Shown: positions 12,551 to 26,217 of the stretch, in pieces
Numbering within the stretch: the stretch's first letter is position 1
Layout of the letters: every line of letters begins with the position of its first letter
Source: Selaginella moellendorffii
Taxonomy: Eukaryota > Plantae > Lycopodiophyta
Assembly (NCBI RefSeq): GCF_000143415.4
Contig: NW_003314293.1
Coordinates: forward strand, 1,198,431 to 1,262,430
DNA: 64,000 nt
Direction of reading: 5' to 3'
Notes under the pieces: generated by a model
Told to the model about the DNA's origin: nothing
Database searches by the model: none
The model's input: only the letters and a program-made list of their open reading frames with translations
Program-made: the position numbers and the translations under genes

Positions 12551-14313
12551 TGTGAGACACAAAATCCCTAGGCCCCAAAGTGGAGCCGGAAAGGGTGCCA
12601 CGTGGTAGTGGCCGAAACGAGAGCCAAACGAGCGTAACACGTTTGGACCAAAAGCTCCGACTTGAAAAGTCAAGAGCGGGAGTGGAACTCCCAACGAAGT
12701 GCTCGAGGAACGAGCACGAAGCGATCAAAAGGCGAGGCTCCAAAAAGGGACCCAAAAGGGCCAACACATGACACGTGGGAGTGTCCGAGATGGACTCGAG
12801 TTGGAGTCCGAAGTGGAGTCCGAGATGGACCCGAGTTGGAGTCCGAAGTGGAGTCCGAGATGGACCCGAGTTGGAGTCCGAAGTGGAGTCCGAGATGGAC
12901 CCGAGTTGGAGTCCGAAGTGGAGTCCGAGATGGACCCGAGATGGAGTCCGAGATGGAGTCCGAAGTGGAGTCCGAGGTGGACCCGAGATGGACCCGAGTT
13001 GGAGTCCGAAGTGGAGTCCAAGATGGACCCGAGATGGAGTCCGAGATGGAGTCCGAGATGGAGTCCGAGGTGGACCCGAGATGGACCCGAAATGGAGTCC
13101 GAGATGGAGTCCGAGATGGACCCGAGATGGAGTCCGAGATGGACCCGAGATGGACCCGAGATGGAGTCCGAGATGGAGTCCGAGATGGAGTCCGAAGTCG
13201 GGACCCGATACCGAGACCGAGGCCGAGGCCGAGACCGAGCCCGAGCCCGAGCCCGAGTCCGAGCCCGAGTCCGAGTCCGAGTCCGAGTCCGAGTCCGAGT
13301 CCAAGTCCGGAGCCTGAGAGGGTGAAAGCCCAAAGCGTTCGTCTCCCAGACCCTGGGGGGTTTGGTGAGCTCCAAAAGTATAGTAGGGGGAGGACTGCAG
13401 TGGAGCCAGTTTGGCCAGGAAAGGCCAGTTTGGCCCAGGACGGCCGGACCCAGTGTTGGGTGATGAGCTGCCCACTGGGAAGTCCAAGACTAGAGTGAAC
13501 ACGGACCGACAAGCGGGGTAGCTTGGTGAAGTGTTCAAGAGCCGGCTCTAGTTCCCCCGGGAGATCGACTGGCCGATGCTCCCAGTCCAAGTGTGGGTGG
13601 CACTACCTACTTGGATACCTGGTGTGGCTCAACGGAACCTCGCTCTAAGCCCATGGCTAGAGCACCTAAAGACGAAAGGCGGGGAGAGTACCCATGAGGC
13701 TTGCGTAAGGCCACGGTGTTCCGAAATGGTGTCCCAAAGTCCCAGACTGTGGAAAGGAAGAGGGGTAGCCCTCCGGTGTGGTGACCAAGGACACAGTCAC
13801 ATAGTGAGGAAGTCCTAGAGGATAGTGGGACTTAGTGGTCGGGCCGGTGGGCCTCGATCCAGTGGCAGTGTTAGCGAACACAACCAAGGACAGAAAGGGA
13901 CTTGGTGGGGACCGGAACAGAGATATTGGGGAAGGCTATTCCCCATGTCTGTAGGCATCCTAAGGATGTTAAGGAGTGGATCTGGGACGACCACTCATGG
14001 ACGGATGACCCAGTCTTTGAGAGACGGGATTGGAATGTAGGTGGTGTTGGACCACCAGTGTGACCAAGGTAAATGGGCATGGCCTTAGCGTAACGGGCCG
14101 ATATGTTGGTGGTACCTTGGGGTGTCGATCATGGGATCGGACACGTGGAGCACTTGGACCAAGTGCTAAGGTTGAGTGGCATGGATGCCATTCTCGGGGC
14201 TAGCAAGCCCCAAGTCCTGAGTTGGGCTTATGGAGGTTGTGAATGAGACTCCTCCAAGTGGTCGGAGGTGTGGTTAAGTGACTAAAGTAGAATGGAAAAT
14301 TTAGTCGCTTACA
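12551..14313 (+). repeat. 3' LTR of family A element
   Basis: Copy of 6702-8452, 12 bp longer through minisatellite unit variation. Confidence 0.93.
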
Positions 14314-17300
14314 CTATCCTTGATTGTTGCACCCAGCAATATCGGATCGCTACTTCCATTTTTGAGGTATCCTTTCGGTTCCATAGCAAAGACTTTGCTT
14401 TGTTAAGTCCAAAGGGTGTTTACCCCTAGTATGTCTCTTTATCATTTTCTGCTATGGCTTTATTCATAGCCCAATTTAGTGACCCTCCCATGGGTCTTTT
14501 ATAGAGACTACATTCCTCGAACTCACTATACCATCGCATGAACATAGCTCATTTCCCTTAAGTGTTCTTCCCACTTGGTCATCTTGACCAAGCGCCACCA
14601 TCATAAACAGTTCAGATCAACACTTTGAATCAGGAACTTCATTCCTTAGCTAACCAAGGACCTTATCCTTATTTAGCCACAAGATCACCTAGTGATCTCA
14701 CCTTAGCACCTCAACAGAGTTGCCAAGAGGTATTTAGTCTTCTAGACTTTCAAGTTATTGACCATGACCCTGGGGGCATCCCCCACACTTGGTGGTGCAC
14801 CTAAGCCAACCCTTACGGCCAAGGGTTCATAGCAATTGAGACTAGGTGTCCCCATCTCATTCACCACGCCCTTAGTGCCACTCGCACCAAGGTGTTCAAG
14901 TTAGATATGCCGAGCCACACTAAGCAATCTAACTGTGTATCATGACTCCGAGGCATCCCTCGCTTGGCAGTGTGCCCAAACTAGTCTCCTCACTGAGAGT
15001 CCATGACCACCGAAAAATAAGTGTTTTCATATTCCAAACCATCACCAGGCCCTAGTGATTTAGGACTCGAACCCAAGCACTAGAGGGTCGGGACTCGAAC
15101 CCAACCTCCGTATATGCATTTACAGAAGGCATCATCCAAGATGCCTGGCGTGACTCCCCATGCCGGTGCACCAACTTATAGTTAAAGCGCGCTATAAATC
15201 ACATTTTAGGAACCTAGTTCCTCCGCACTGCCAAATCCTCTCACTTGACAAGTCTGTGATCATGCATGGACTCCTCCATGCTCGGCCTCACGGGCTACCC
15301 CTTTTGAAGTTAGCACCTTCAACTAGGGGATTTGTCCCCCTAACTTGTCAATCTCACTTAGCAAGTCATCCGGCCACTGTAACATGGTTCATGCATAAGC
15401 GTGAAAGTCCTTAACCATCAACTTTCGTTCAAAGCCCTCTCTTTGAACACTTGGGAACTACTTCCCCAACCTTGATAGCCTCGCCTCATGGCTAGCTTCA
15501 AGACCACGCTTCTGTTGTGCCACTTTGATTTTGTGCGCTCTAGGAACCATTTATGCTTGGCTTTCTAGGTTCTTACCTACCTAGAATTGTCTTTGGGAAC
15601 CTTCAAGGAACTCTGTTCCTTAGATTGTTAAAGCTTCTCCTTTGCAAGCTCCTTACTCACCATATGGTTTAATATGGACGATTCCACATTTTTGACTCTT
15701 TATGGCATCGCAGTTGCTAGTAACAACATCCTCGAGCACTCTCTTGATTCTCCACTCCCAACTTGCATAACCACCATTGGTTATGCCCTTCGATTTCTAT
15801 GGTTCAGTTCCATCCCAATACTACTTGCCTTTTGGCCTCATATGTTTCCTTTGGTTATTCTCCTCTAGACTAGGAAGATAGCTTTGCACATTCTATCATG
15901 CCTTAGCAAGTATTCATAGGGATGAATCTACCCGATAGCTTAGGGAGTGGTTCCTCAATTTGGGCATACTCACCTTATAATCCCACACACCGGGATTACC
16001 GTTGCTACTTATGGGCCTTTATATGCCCATCACTAGGATCTCATTTTTGGATTTGTCCAAATCGGGTAGACGGATTCCTCCCGTCTCCACAACCTTGAAC
16101 GTTTGGATAGCACTTTCTATCCATCATTCGCTAGGGATTTAATCATGTGGGCCTTATCTAATGCCCTTGCGACATCAAATACCACTTCCTGGTGTTTTAG
16201 AGTGTTTAGGTGTCCCAATTATGGCTTTCTTTGGCAATGAGTATTCCCTTTACGACATTGACTTACTTTATCGCAACATAAATAATTTATCCCCAATAAA
16301 GGTATATCTAACTTCTTTATGCCATTAAAAAGTCTTGGGTAGCTACCTTCTACCCGTTTAACCAATTACCTTGCACCTTTTGCTTAGTTTCTTCATAGTT
16401 GTCAAGTCCTACAACTCATTGCTGGTGCTTCCACACCTCCATCATTATCTGGATCACCACACTCTACCACATGCCTTCCAGTTTAGGCTATGCCATTCCT
16501 ATTTCCATTGGGATTCCCCTGGCAAGGGGTTCTCATGAACCTAACAACATAACCTTAAGATATCACACCTTAGCACATTTGATGTCTCAACACTATCGGC
16601 TCCATGAGTCTACCTTTATGACACCTTGCACTTGTGTCTAGGTTTTGGCCAAAACTAGCCCAGTCATTTCTTATACCAACTATCCGTTAGCACTACACTA
16701 TAGTGTTCACACACAACTCTGCACCAAAGTTGCTTTTTCTGGGAACACCTTTCCCACGACTTTAGTATGGCACATTCTGCCACCCATGAGATACCCATTG
16801 TTTTCATTTTTGGATTTTACAATCCTCCCTATCCTTCGTGGGGCACCATACACCTCAGTCCAAATGCTTTTTCCAATCCCTTAGGACCATTCCTTGACTC
16901 TTCTTAAGTCATCCGACATTTTTGGACTTTGCTAAACCACCGATCTGTAAGGTCCTATTTTTGAGGTGCCAGTTCGCTAGAATACAACTTCATGTATTTA
17001 TGTCCAACTCATAAGGACCATCTTGCAAGTGTTACTCCAACACTTTATTATTTCCGTTCTCTGTGGGCTACTTTTGCCCCTTAGGACTATCTGTCCCTAT
17101 GATGAGAACAACGACTCATCCTTTGAGCACACCCCCAACTCCTTGGGTTCGTTCCAGCATTTATAAAAGGTAGCCCCAGCTACCATTTCGAGGGCTCGTG
17201 CCCTCATCTGTTTTTGACCTCTTACGGTTATCAATTTCGGTCTCAAATTCATAAGCACCAGCCTCAACTATGTAAGGATTATCTTTTAACTCCTTTATTG

Positions 17301-19575
17301 TTTTGGAGCCTCTATCTTTCCTATGATCCCAACTGCAGTTATTTACCACAACTACCTTAGCCAGTTTGCTGAGTCAAACGTTCATCCGTATCACATCCTC
17401 AACTCTTTGAGGGAAACCTTATACCATTCCCAAGATCCCAAAGTCGTTCCCTTACTGGCCCTTTTCCATCCACCACATCACGCACAAGTTCACGCATGAA
17501 CTTGAGTGGAGAGCCATATCCTCTCGACATGCTACTCCTCGAGGATAGGTCCATATCTAGGACCTTCCAATTCCAATACAAGTGGTGATATACTTGGCCA
17601 CCAATAAGAGTCAGACTAAGGAATAGCTCCGATACCAAATTGTAAGCGACTAAATTTTCCATTTATAGTTTAGTCAGTTAGCCACACCTCCGACCACTTG
17701 GAGGAGTCTCATTCACAACCTCCTTAAGTCCAATTCAGGACTTGGGACTTGCTAGCCCCGAGAAGGGCATCCATGCCACCCATCCCTTGCACTTGGTCCA
17801 AGTGCTCCACGTGTCCGACCCCCTGACCGACACCCCAAGGTACCACTGACATATCAGCCCATTACACTAAGGCCATGCCCATTCACCTTGGTCACACCAG
17901 TGGTCTGACACCACCTATATCACAGTCCCATCTCTCAAAGACTGGGCCATCCGTCCACGAATGATCATCCCAGATCCACTCCTTAGCATCCTTAGGATGC
18001 CCACAGACATGGGGAATAGCCTTCCCCAATATCCCTTTTCCGGTCCCCACCAAGTCCCTTTTTTGCCCATGGCCATGCTCGCCAACACTGCCACTGGATC
18101 GAGGCCCACAGGCCCGACCACTAAGGCCCACGGTCCTCTGGGACTTCCTCACCACTTGTATATATCCTTGGTCACTACACCAGAGGACTCCTCCTCTTCC
18201 TTTCCACAGTCTGGGCCTTTGGGATGACATTTCGGAACACCGTGACCCTATGCGAGCCTCATGGGTACTCTCCCCGCCTTCCACCTTTGGGTGCTCTAGC
18301 CATGGGCTTAGAGCGAGGTTCCGTTGAGCCACGCCATGTATCCAAGTAGGTAGTGCCACCCACACTTGGACTAGGAGCATCGATCAGTCGATCTCCCGGG
18401 GGAACTAGAGCCGGCTCTTAAACACTTCACCAAGCTACCCCGCTTGTCGGTCTGTATTCACTCTAGTCTTGGACTTCCCAGTGGTCAGTTTATCACCTAA
18501 CACTGGGTATGGCCTTCCTGGGCCAAACTGGCCTTTCCTAGGCCAAACTGGCCTTTCCTAGCCAGACTGGCTCCACTGGGCTCCAATCCCCACACTCTCC
18601 CTACTATAATTTTGGAACCCCCCGCAAGGGGGATGATCGCTTTGGGCTTTCACCCAACTGCCTATATTAGTATTCGGACTCGGACTCGGACTCGGTCTCG
18701 GTTCCGGTTTCGGACTCGGACTCGGTCTCGGTTCCGGTTTCGGACTCAGACTCGGTCTCAGTTCCGGTTTCGGACTCGGACTCGGTCTCGGTCTCGGTCT
18801 TGGTTCCATCTTGGACTCCATCTCGGGTCCATCTCAGACTCCATCTCGGACTCCATCTTGGACTCCATCTCGGACTCCACCTCGGGTCCACCTCGGACTC
18901 CAACTCGGGTCCATCTCGGACTCCACCTCGGGTCCACCTCAGACTCCATCTCGGACTCCATCTCAGACTCCACCTTGGGTCCACCTCGGACTCCAACTCG
19001 GACTTCATCTCGGACTCCAACTCGGACTCCATCTCGGACTCCATCACGGGTCCATCTTGGACTCCATCTCGGGTCCATCTTGGACTCCACCTCGGGTCCA
19101 CCTCGGACTCCACCTCAGGTCCACCTCAAACTCCATCTTGGACTCCACCTTGGGTCCACCTCAAATTCCAACTCGGACTCCATCTCGGACTCCAACTCGG
19201 ACTCCATCTCGAACTCCACCTCAGGTCCATCTCGGACTCCACCTCGGGTCCACCTCAGACTCCATCTCAGACTCCACCTTGGACTCCATCTCGGACTCCG
19301 TTTCGGGTCCATCTCGGACTCCATCTCGGGTCCATCTCTAACTCTTCCATGTGTCATGTGTTGGTCCTTTTTGGGTCCCTTTTTGGAGCCTTGCTTATTG
19401 TTTGCCTCATGCTCACTCCTCAAGCACTTTGTTGGGAGTTCCACTCCCGCTCTCGACCTTCCAAGTCGGAGCTTTTAGTCAAAACGTGTTATGCTCGTTT
19501 GGCTTTCGCTTCGGCCACTACCACATGGCACCCTTTCCGGCTCCACTTTAGGGCCTAGGGATTTTGTGTCTCACA
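14314..19575 (-). mobile_element. Older, diverged family A copy (5' LTR 17641-19575, PBS 17626-17637, interior continuing at about 6635-6701)
   Basis: Reverse-complement homology to 6702-11850. Interrupted by the young A copy; no A-type 3' LTR remains. Confidence 0.88.
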
Positions 19576-21226
19576 TTTTACCTTTGGGTCAACTTCTGGC
19601 TGATCCCACTTAGCAGCTTGAGGTTCTTGGTGTTCAGCCACACTTCTCCCCAGCCTGGAACTCTACATCCCGACGCTTCTGGTTCGCGTATTTGGTTTGC
19701 CTTTGTTGAGCCCGTTCCAAGGAATCCCTCACTATATTCCAAATGCTGAGTCTTTCCGCCGTGAATGCCTTCATTGCGGGTAACTCTCCATAGTACTTGG
19801 CCACACTGAGCTCCATAGGACCTTCAATAGCTCGCCCATTGATGACTTCCCATGGACTTACCCTAATATTCAAATGTGGTGAGTTGTTATAACACATTTC
19901 CACAAGTCCCAAATGACTTACCCAATCGGTCTGGTCTCCTGAGACATAGCATCGCAAATAATCCTCCAGCTGCCTATTTACCCTTTCTATTTGTCTGTCT
20001 GTCAAGAAGTGTTAATGCCATCAAACTTTACTTATTACCCCATACCTGTCTGTGAGTGATAGGCTGTGCTGAATTTTAACTTGGTGCGATATTGTTCCAG
20101 GAGTGGTCTCCAGAGCCTACTAGTGAAGATCTTATCTCGATCTGAGATGATCTCTTCCGGCCTTCCCCGCACTTGAACCACTTGTTCAAAGAACAGCTTT
20201 GCTACACCTTCCGCATCCACTTCCATTGTGGTGGGTATGAAATGTGCCATTTTTGAAAATTGGTCCACCACCACGAATATCGCATCAAACCTCTCGCTTG
20301 GGGGGAGTCCCGTGATGAAGTCCATCGTAAGACATTTCCACAGACGATCTGGAATTGGGATGGTTTGCAACAAGCCCCCACTAGCCTTAGTCATGGCTTT
20401 GACCTGCTGATATGTTGGACATGTCTTTACATAGTCTTGGACGTCTTTAGTCATATCTGGCTAGTGGTACTTCCTCTTGAGTAAGCCCATCGTCTTGGGC
20501 ACTCCGCCGTGTCCCGCAAAGGTCCGTCATGACACTCTTCTAAGGCTACCTTCCTTAGTTCCCCTTCTGGAACATACACCCTCGTTTGCTTATAATAGAT
20601 GAGTCTATTGCATTCCGCATAGCCTATTTTCTCTTCCATTGGCAGCTCACCTCTCTAGTGAGGTTCCCATGCCTCTAGATTCCTCAGCAACACGTTCGAA
20701 AGTAGTCCTCCATATTGTAAAACCAATCCTCCACCACCTTATAGTCATTCACTCCCTTGAAGACTAGTGGGGGCTTTGGTTTGTACTTAGGAACTGCTTG
20801 AGGGACTGATTCCACTTCGGTCTCTTCGACCTTGTTTAGGTTTTGCCTCAGTCCCTGTCGAAGGGTCCACACCTTCTGCGCTGCCAGCATCTGCAGTCTT
20901 TTGCCTTTTCTTCCGCTTCTCGTCACGCTTTAGCTTGCGTACGAGAGTCTCCAGCAGGGCATTGGTCTGTGCCAATTGTTCTTCTAGCATGTCCAATCGA
21001 GCCTTGGACAACCGAACCTCACCACCGGACTTCTTTTTGGAAGTTTCCTCACTAGAGTCCTCTTCATGTAAAGATTCCTCATCTATAGCCTCTTGTTCAA
21101 CTGGAGGCTCCAGCTCTAGAGGAGGTTCCGTCTTCACCTTGGTTCATTTCTGCCCTGCCTTTGCGATCTCTCAGCAATCCGCCTCTATCCTTCGCTAGAA
21201 CTGAGGAAAAGGCTCCGATACCAAAT
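19576..21226 (-). pseudogene. Internally deleted gag/integrase remnant of an older family C chromovirus
   Basis: Homologous to 37490-38610 and 41355-41890. About 2.7 kb (most of gag, protease, RT, RH) is lost at a GCAAC microhomology near 20690. PBS at about 21212-21223. Confidence 0.88.
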
Positions 21227-22179
21227 TGTAAGCCACAAATTTTTCCTTTCCAATTTGCCAGCTTACCTCGTCTATCCGACCAACACTGCCTTGGATTTTG
21301 CTAAGTTCCTTCGCCAAGGTTCCCGCCTATTGTACCAGCTCCTACTTGGTCCTACTTGGTTTCAGCTACTCACTGCACAAGCAACGGAGCGTTAGCCATC
21401 TATTTGGACCCCGGGTTAGACTAGACTTAAGGTTTGGCTACACTCCCCGCAAGCACAAGCAGCCAAGCATACCAAGCCTCTAGGTTCCTAACATCCCTTA
21501 GTATAACAAGACCATATCAATGCTCTATTTCGTTAAAGTGGGATTTATTCAGTAAAATGGGACTAGGTACAAATTTTCAAGTATTTGAAAATGACGTGAA
21601 ATTATATGTTTTTTGTCTAGGGGCTAGACATATCTGGGGCATGGTGACTAGTGCGGTGACTTTGTGTCCAGACTGAGTCCATCTGGTTGTATAATAAATC
21701 TCATTGTCAAGGTGAACAAGCCGAATCTAAAGCTAAAGAAGAGCGATGGCATGCGCGCACACACTATTTGTTTGTTCATTGAGCGTGTGGTGAGCTTTCC
21801 AAGATGAATGTCATTCCTATTAGCCAGACATATAACTTAATGGTGAGAACATTTAGATATTATTCAATGTTATCTTTTTCTAACGAATCTAATTGTGAAG
21901 GTGTAGCAAGAGGCATTGCTAGTCTGGAGAAGTCATTTAACTCATTTGACCCTTAGTGTATTTTCATGAAACTAAATAACATTCATATTATTAAGGAATT
22001 TCTCTAGTACCTTTTTTTTACGACATAGAGGCTTGCATTTCTTTCAAAGGTGATTTAGTAAAAGGCCTGAGGGCACATGCCATTCTATTTCTCAGACCGG
22101 TATTAAGATATACTAGTGCAAAGGGAAAAAGGTATTTGGTGATCAAGTAAATGGCATGAGGGCACACGCCATTATAAGC

Positions 22180-22437
22180 CTAAGCGCTAGTGGACACCTC
22201 CTTTTTGGTACTCTCAGCGGTACTATCATCCTTCTCCGGGTCAGTTGTTTTGCTTTGGATTGTTGTCTCTGACGTTACTGGGGCGTTCTCGATAGTTGTT
22301 AATGTTGCCGTTTGTTCAGAAAAATGATCACCTGGAGTATAGTATGGGGAGTTTGGAAGACTTATATATTCTACATCTTCACCTATCTCCTTCTCCGTCT
22401 CCTTTTCTGCCTCACTTACAGATTTTGTGCTTGCCAT
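22180..22437 (-). CDS. Small acidic Ser/Thr-rich protein with SLPxSPYYTP motif (transposon cargo, unknown function)
   Basis: ATG at 22437, TATA-like TTTTATAA about 40 bp upstream. Clear protein-level similarity to ORF 45863-46183. Confidence 0.6.
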   Translation of the reverse strand: MASTKSVSEAEKETEKEIGEDVEYISLPNSPYYTPGDHFSEQTATLTTIENAPVTSETTIQSKTTDPEKDDSTAESTKKEVSTSA

Positions 22438-23075
22438 GAGAACGCTCTTCACCCTAAAATATGGAATTCGTTGTGTTATAAAAGGAAACCAACACACACG
22501 CTGCAAGGGAATGATGGTACATAAAGCACGTAAGCCCACAATATGGGTTTATGTGCCATTAATATGGGCCACACGCCATATTATTAGATTTATGCACGTG
22601 TGATTGGTAAATGCATATGTCACATCATCTTTGTTTTACCTCACACACTATATCAGGCCTAATGAACCATATCACATGTGTGCACATGCTATATATATGG
22701 AGAAGTATTATGCAAGGATAGAAATTCAATGCATGATTGTGGAGAGCAATGGCATGAAGCCACATGCTAAATAACATTTTAGAGAAAGAATTAAAATAGA
22801 AACATGCAAACAGTACTAAGTGGACCAAGACTTAGAAGTGCACAATTGAATGAGGTATTTCTAATAAATATTTCATTCACCTCATATAGGAATGGCTACC
22901 ACTCTCAAATGGCGTATCGCCTCATGCCATCACCTCGCAATTTGTTATAACAATCCGATGAATTCATATTCGGCTTGTTCACCTTGAACTTTAAGTAAGA
23001 TTTGCTAGAACAACTAAGAATTTATACTTGTTATTTGTATCATCTCACCTAGGAATGGCGTAAAACCACATGCCA

Positions 23076-26000
23076 TCACGCCTCCTCTAATTCAGATTCG
23101 GATTGTTCACCTTGAAATAAAATACATTAGAAACTTAGTAAAGGAATATTAATGAATCTCACCTTGAACCTGGGTTATGAATGCTCTTGCTGCATCTCTT
23201 GCATGGTCTGGCAAGGTGATGGTGGCACTCTGCTTCCACATCCAACCATGCACAACATTATCCACCGATGTGCTCATGCTGGGATCCCTTGGATTCAGCA
23301 CCCATCTCTTTTCTAGGCAATCCTTCGTATATCCGGAACTTGGCTTGAACCACTCCACAGTTACATTGAAGGAGTTAGTTTCCGCGTCCTCCTCTGCATC
23401 AGTGATGCAGCGCCCCACCCATATCATTTGTTTTTTATTATTGGGTCTGACAAGCACGACCATTCCTTTGCAGACCTGTACTGAATTGAATGCTGAATCT
23501 GGCTTCTTGTTCCTCGGCCCACAATAGTGATCCTCAACATTGTTATCTGTCACTGCATTTCCAGAGGACATTGTTCCGCTACTATCTGGTGCTCTGGGTT
23601 CTGGCCAAAAGGACTCTTCCAATTCTTCATATACAACCGGCCCATTTTGGATAGCAGATATAATCTTCTCCCAATATTCGATCAAAGGCTTGCACCTCTG
23701 AAAATAGGATTCTCCACCAAACACCAACCCCCTCTTCCAGAAGGCAATATGCTGTCTAATCCCGGCCACTATACTTTCCTGGTCTTTGAGTCCATCCGGG
23801 TGCATCGGCCGTGGGGAACCCTGAGGAATCATAGGTTCCCTAGTTATGGGATCTCTCTTGAAGAGTTCAATGCCGTCCACTAGCAGCCACACTGTGTCCC
23901 ATTCTCTCATCTTGTACCTCATCACTGGAGCACCGTCACACATGCTGAAATGAAACTGAAGAGGCTTGGAGTGGCCAATCAGCGTTTCGGATCCGTCCCT
24001 GATGTAGCCTCTTACAAACCCCTTAAAGTCTGGAACCTCTGTCAGAAGTGCAGCTTCAACAGTGCCTTTGATGCAATTTTGGAATTCATCGTAGAGTTGT
24101 GGGAGGGTGAGGACATTGGATTGCCGGAGGGACTCTGCCAGGTGACTGAACATGGCATCGACGTCTTCATGAGTGTGCCCAACCATGAGAAAGCCAAGTG
24201 TAACTGTTTCAAATATGCCTTTGGCAACAAGCATCGCCAAGTACGCGAAGACGTACATGTTTTTGTTCTCACTGCCAGCATTGTTTGTTTGGAGCAGAAG
24301 ATGGGGTGGAAGGCCACATCGGCCGCAAGAACTTCCTTGAGATTCTGCTTCGTTTGGATGAGGCTGTGCATTCACCGGGCGACCAGCCTCGTCGGAATGG
24401 CATGAGGCCTCATGTGATAACCCTACAATCTGACGGCCAACATATTCACTGGGATGGCATGGGGCCCCACGCGATACTACAAGCCTTTGCTCCTCCTCCA
24501 GCTGAACCCTGTATGGGGTTCGATCGACAAGGGCCTTATGCAAGGGTTGGCCGTTCAGCTCAGTCTGCGCACTTTGCAGAGACCTTAAGTGTTTTGCTAG
24601 GGACGCAATCATCATGTTTGCACCCCCGCCACCCCATAGAGGTACAAAGAAGTTCCCATAGTTCTGGGCACCATGCCCATGAGCGATTATGCCAAACAGA
24701 GACACAGGCAGCTGCATGGATGAAGAGATTGCCTTGGGGGCAGGATTGAGTCGAGGTAAGCACGTCTTTTTCTGGTCCATTTTGTCGTGGATGATGCAGA
24801 GGTAAGAGTCAGGTCTCTCCATGGAGAGAATCCTGTTATGATAATATGCAGTCCTGCAGCTTCTCTGCTCGATGTTGTGGTCGAGCCGCCTTCTAACCAA
24901 CGTCTCTTGCTCTTGAGCGCTGCAAGAATTCTTCGACAAAGCCATTTTGATAGCAGTGCACTCGTCACACTTTGAAAAGCTGGAGTACTTTCCTATACTC
25001 ACATCCCTGAACCTGTTGCTCCACAATCTACTAAATCTAGATTGGCTCAGCTTCCTGTAGCCATTACTCTGGAGTTCCCGATTCACATCTTCCAATATGG
25101 CCCCCTTGGTATACATGGAAGGGAGAACTCGTTGGGTGTCTCGTGTTCCATCTTCCAAGAGGCGGGTTTTATGTGGTTGCTGCTCGCTACATGTCTCGAC
25201 AAACATCTTGAAGATTGCCTCTCCATATACAACATGACCCCTGGTTTTGTGCGTACCGTCGTTCCCATGGACTGCCTGTTGAACCCTTTGTTCCTCGAAC
25301 TCAGTTTTGATTCTGTAGAATGTGGTTCGAGGGACTCCATAAATGATTCTCCATGCCTTCATGCAGACCAAACCCCTCTGGAAGACCATGCCCCCCACCT
25401 GATGTTCTGAAGCATCAACAGATGACCGTAATGCCTCATACACAAAATTGCGAGCTGCCTTCCAGGACAATGTCTTGTATCTTGCTCTCTCCTCTTCAAT
25501 AGCATCCCAATCAGCATGTTGACAGCACCTCCTCTTGCAACAAGCAACTGTCGAGACCATTCGAACCTCCATCGCCATTTTCTGCCTTTTCAGTTCGTTG
25601 CTCAGATCCCTTTGGCTGTGCTTTAGGAAGGTGTACTTTCTTTTCCCATGAAGAGATGTTCTGTCATCAGTTGTAGTGGTGTTTGATTGTGAATCCTTCA
25701 CATTCTCAAACACTAAGTGCCTCAATTTCCACCGCACAATGCTTCCAATAGTCAGATTGTTTTCTTCTGTGTCAACAACCTCTAAAATCGCAACTCCAAT
25801 ATCATCCCAGCCCAGTTCTTGATTAGCAACCGCATCTCTTGGATCGACAACTGTGGCTAAGCCCTCAGCTACCACCTCCCCCTCGGGGTTGTTTAGAAAC
25901 ACTTTTGCCTGAATCCATGTAGCACGGTTCTTAAGATCCACGGAGGGAACATGCGTCGCACTTGCGCTGTCCCCAACATCTGCTTTCTTCTGAAGATTTT

Positions 26001-26217
26001 TCAAGGCAACAACAACATTTACCCCGACGACCATCTCTCCTCGTTCAATAGCGACCACATTCCCATCGAAGACAGTCTCTACTGATACAGCAGCATTGCC
26101 TTCCCCAAGCCTTTGACAGTGTATAACAAAGTTCCGATCCATAGACACAAATGTCCCTTTTGCAACTCTCTTCCCACCATTCAAAATGTAAACCTTTTCC
26201 CCAACCCTGAAGGCCAT
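23076..26217 (-). CDS. Sola-like DDD transposase with N-terminal tandem TNP1-like domains (copy 1, second catalytic Asp changed to Asn)
   Basis: 1022-aa ORF with CCKRRC, CMKAWRIIYG, FSKCDEC, IHDKMDQ, LQTNNAGSENKN, FLMVGHTHEDVDAMFS. A probable GT-AG intron at 23111-23162 gives C-terminus GEQSESELEEA* ending at 23076. A splice acceptor lies directly before the ATG. Confidence 0.85.

Larger units (their letters stand above)
6702..14313 (+). mobile_element. Complete young non-autonomous LTR element (LARD-like, family A)
   Basis: Near-identical TG..CA LTRs 6702-8452 and 12551-14313; PBS TGGTATCGGAGC at 8456; PPT GGGTGGTGGAG at about 12539; TSD CTATC at 6697-6701 and 14314-14318. The 4.1 kb interior has no gag/pol motifs. 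Confidence 0.93.

Noticed and set aside
23149-26217. CACTA, hAT or Mutator assignment
   Set aside because: Termini are not CACTA, the TSD is 4 bp rather than 3, 8 or 9, and the catalytic motifs are DN..ENKN / GHTHEDVD.
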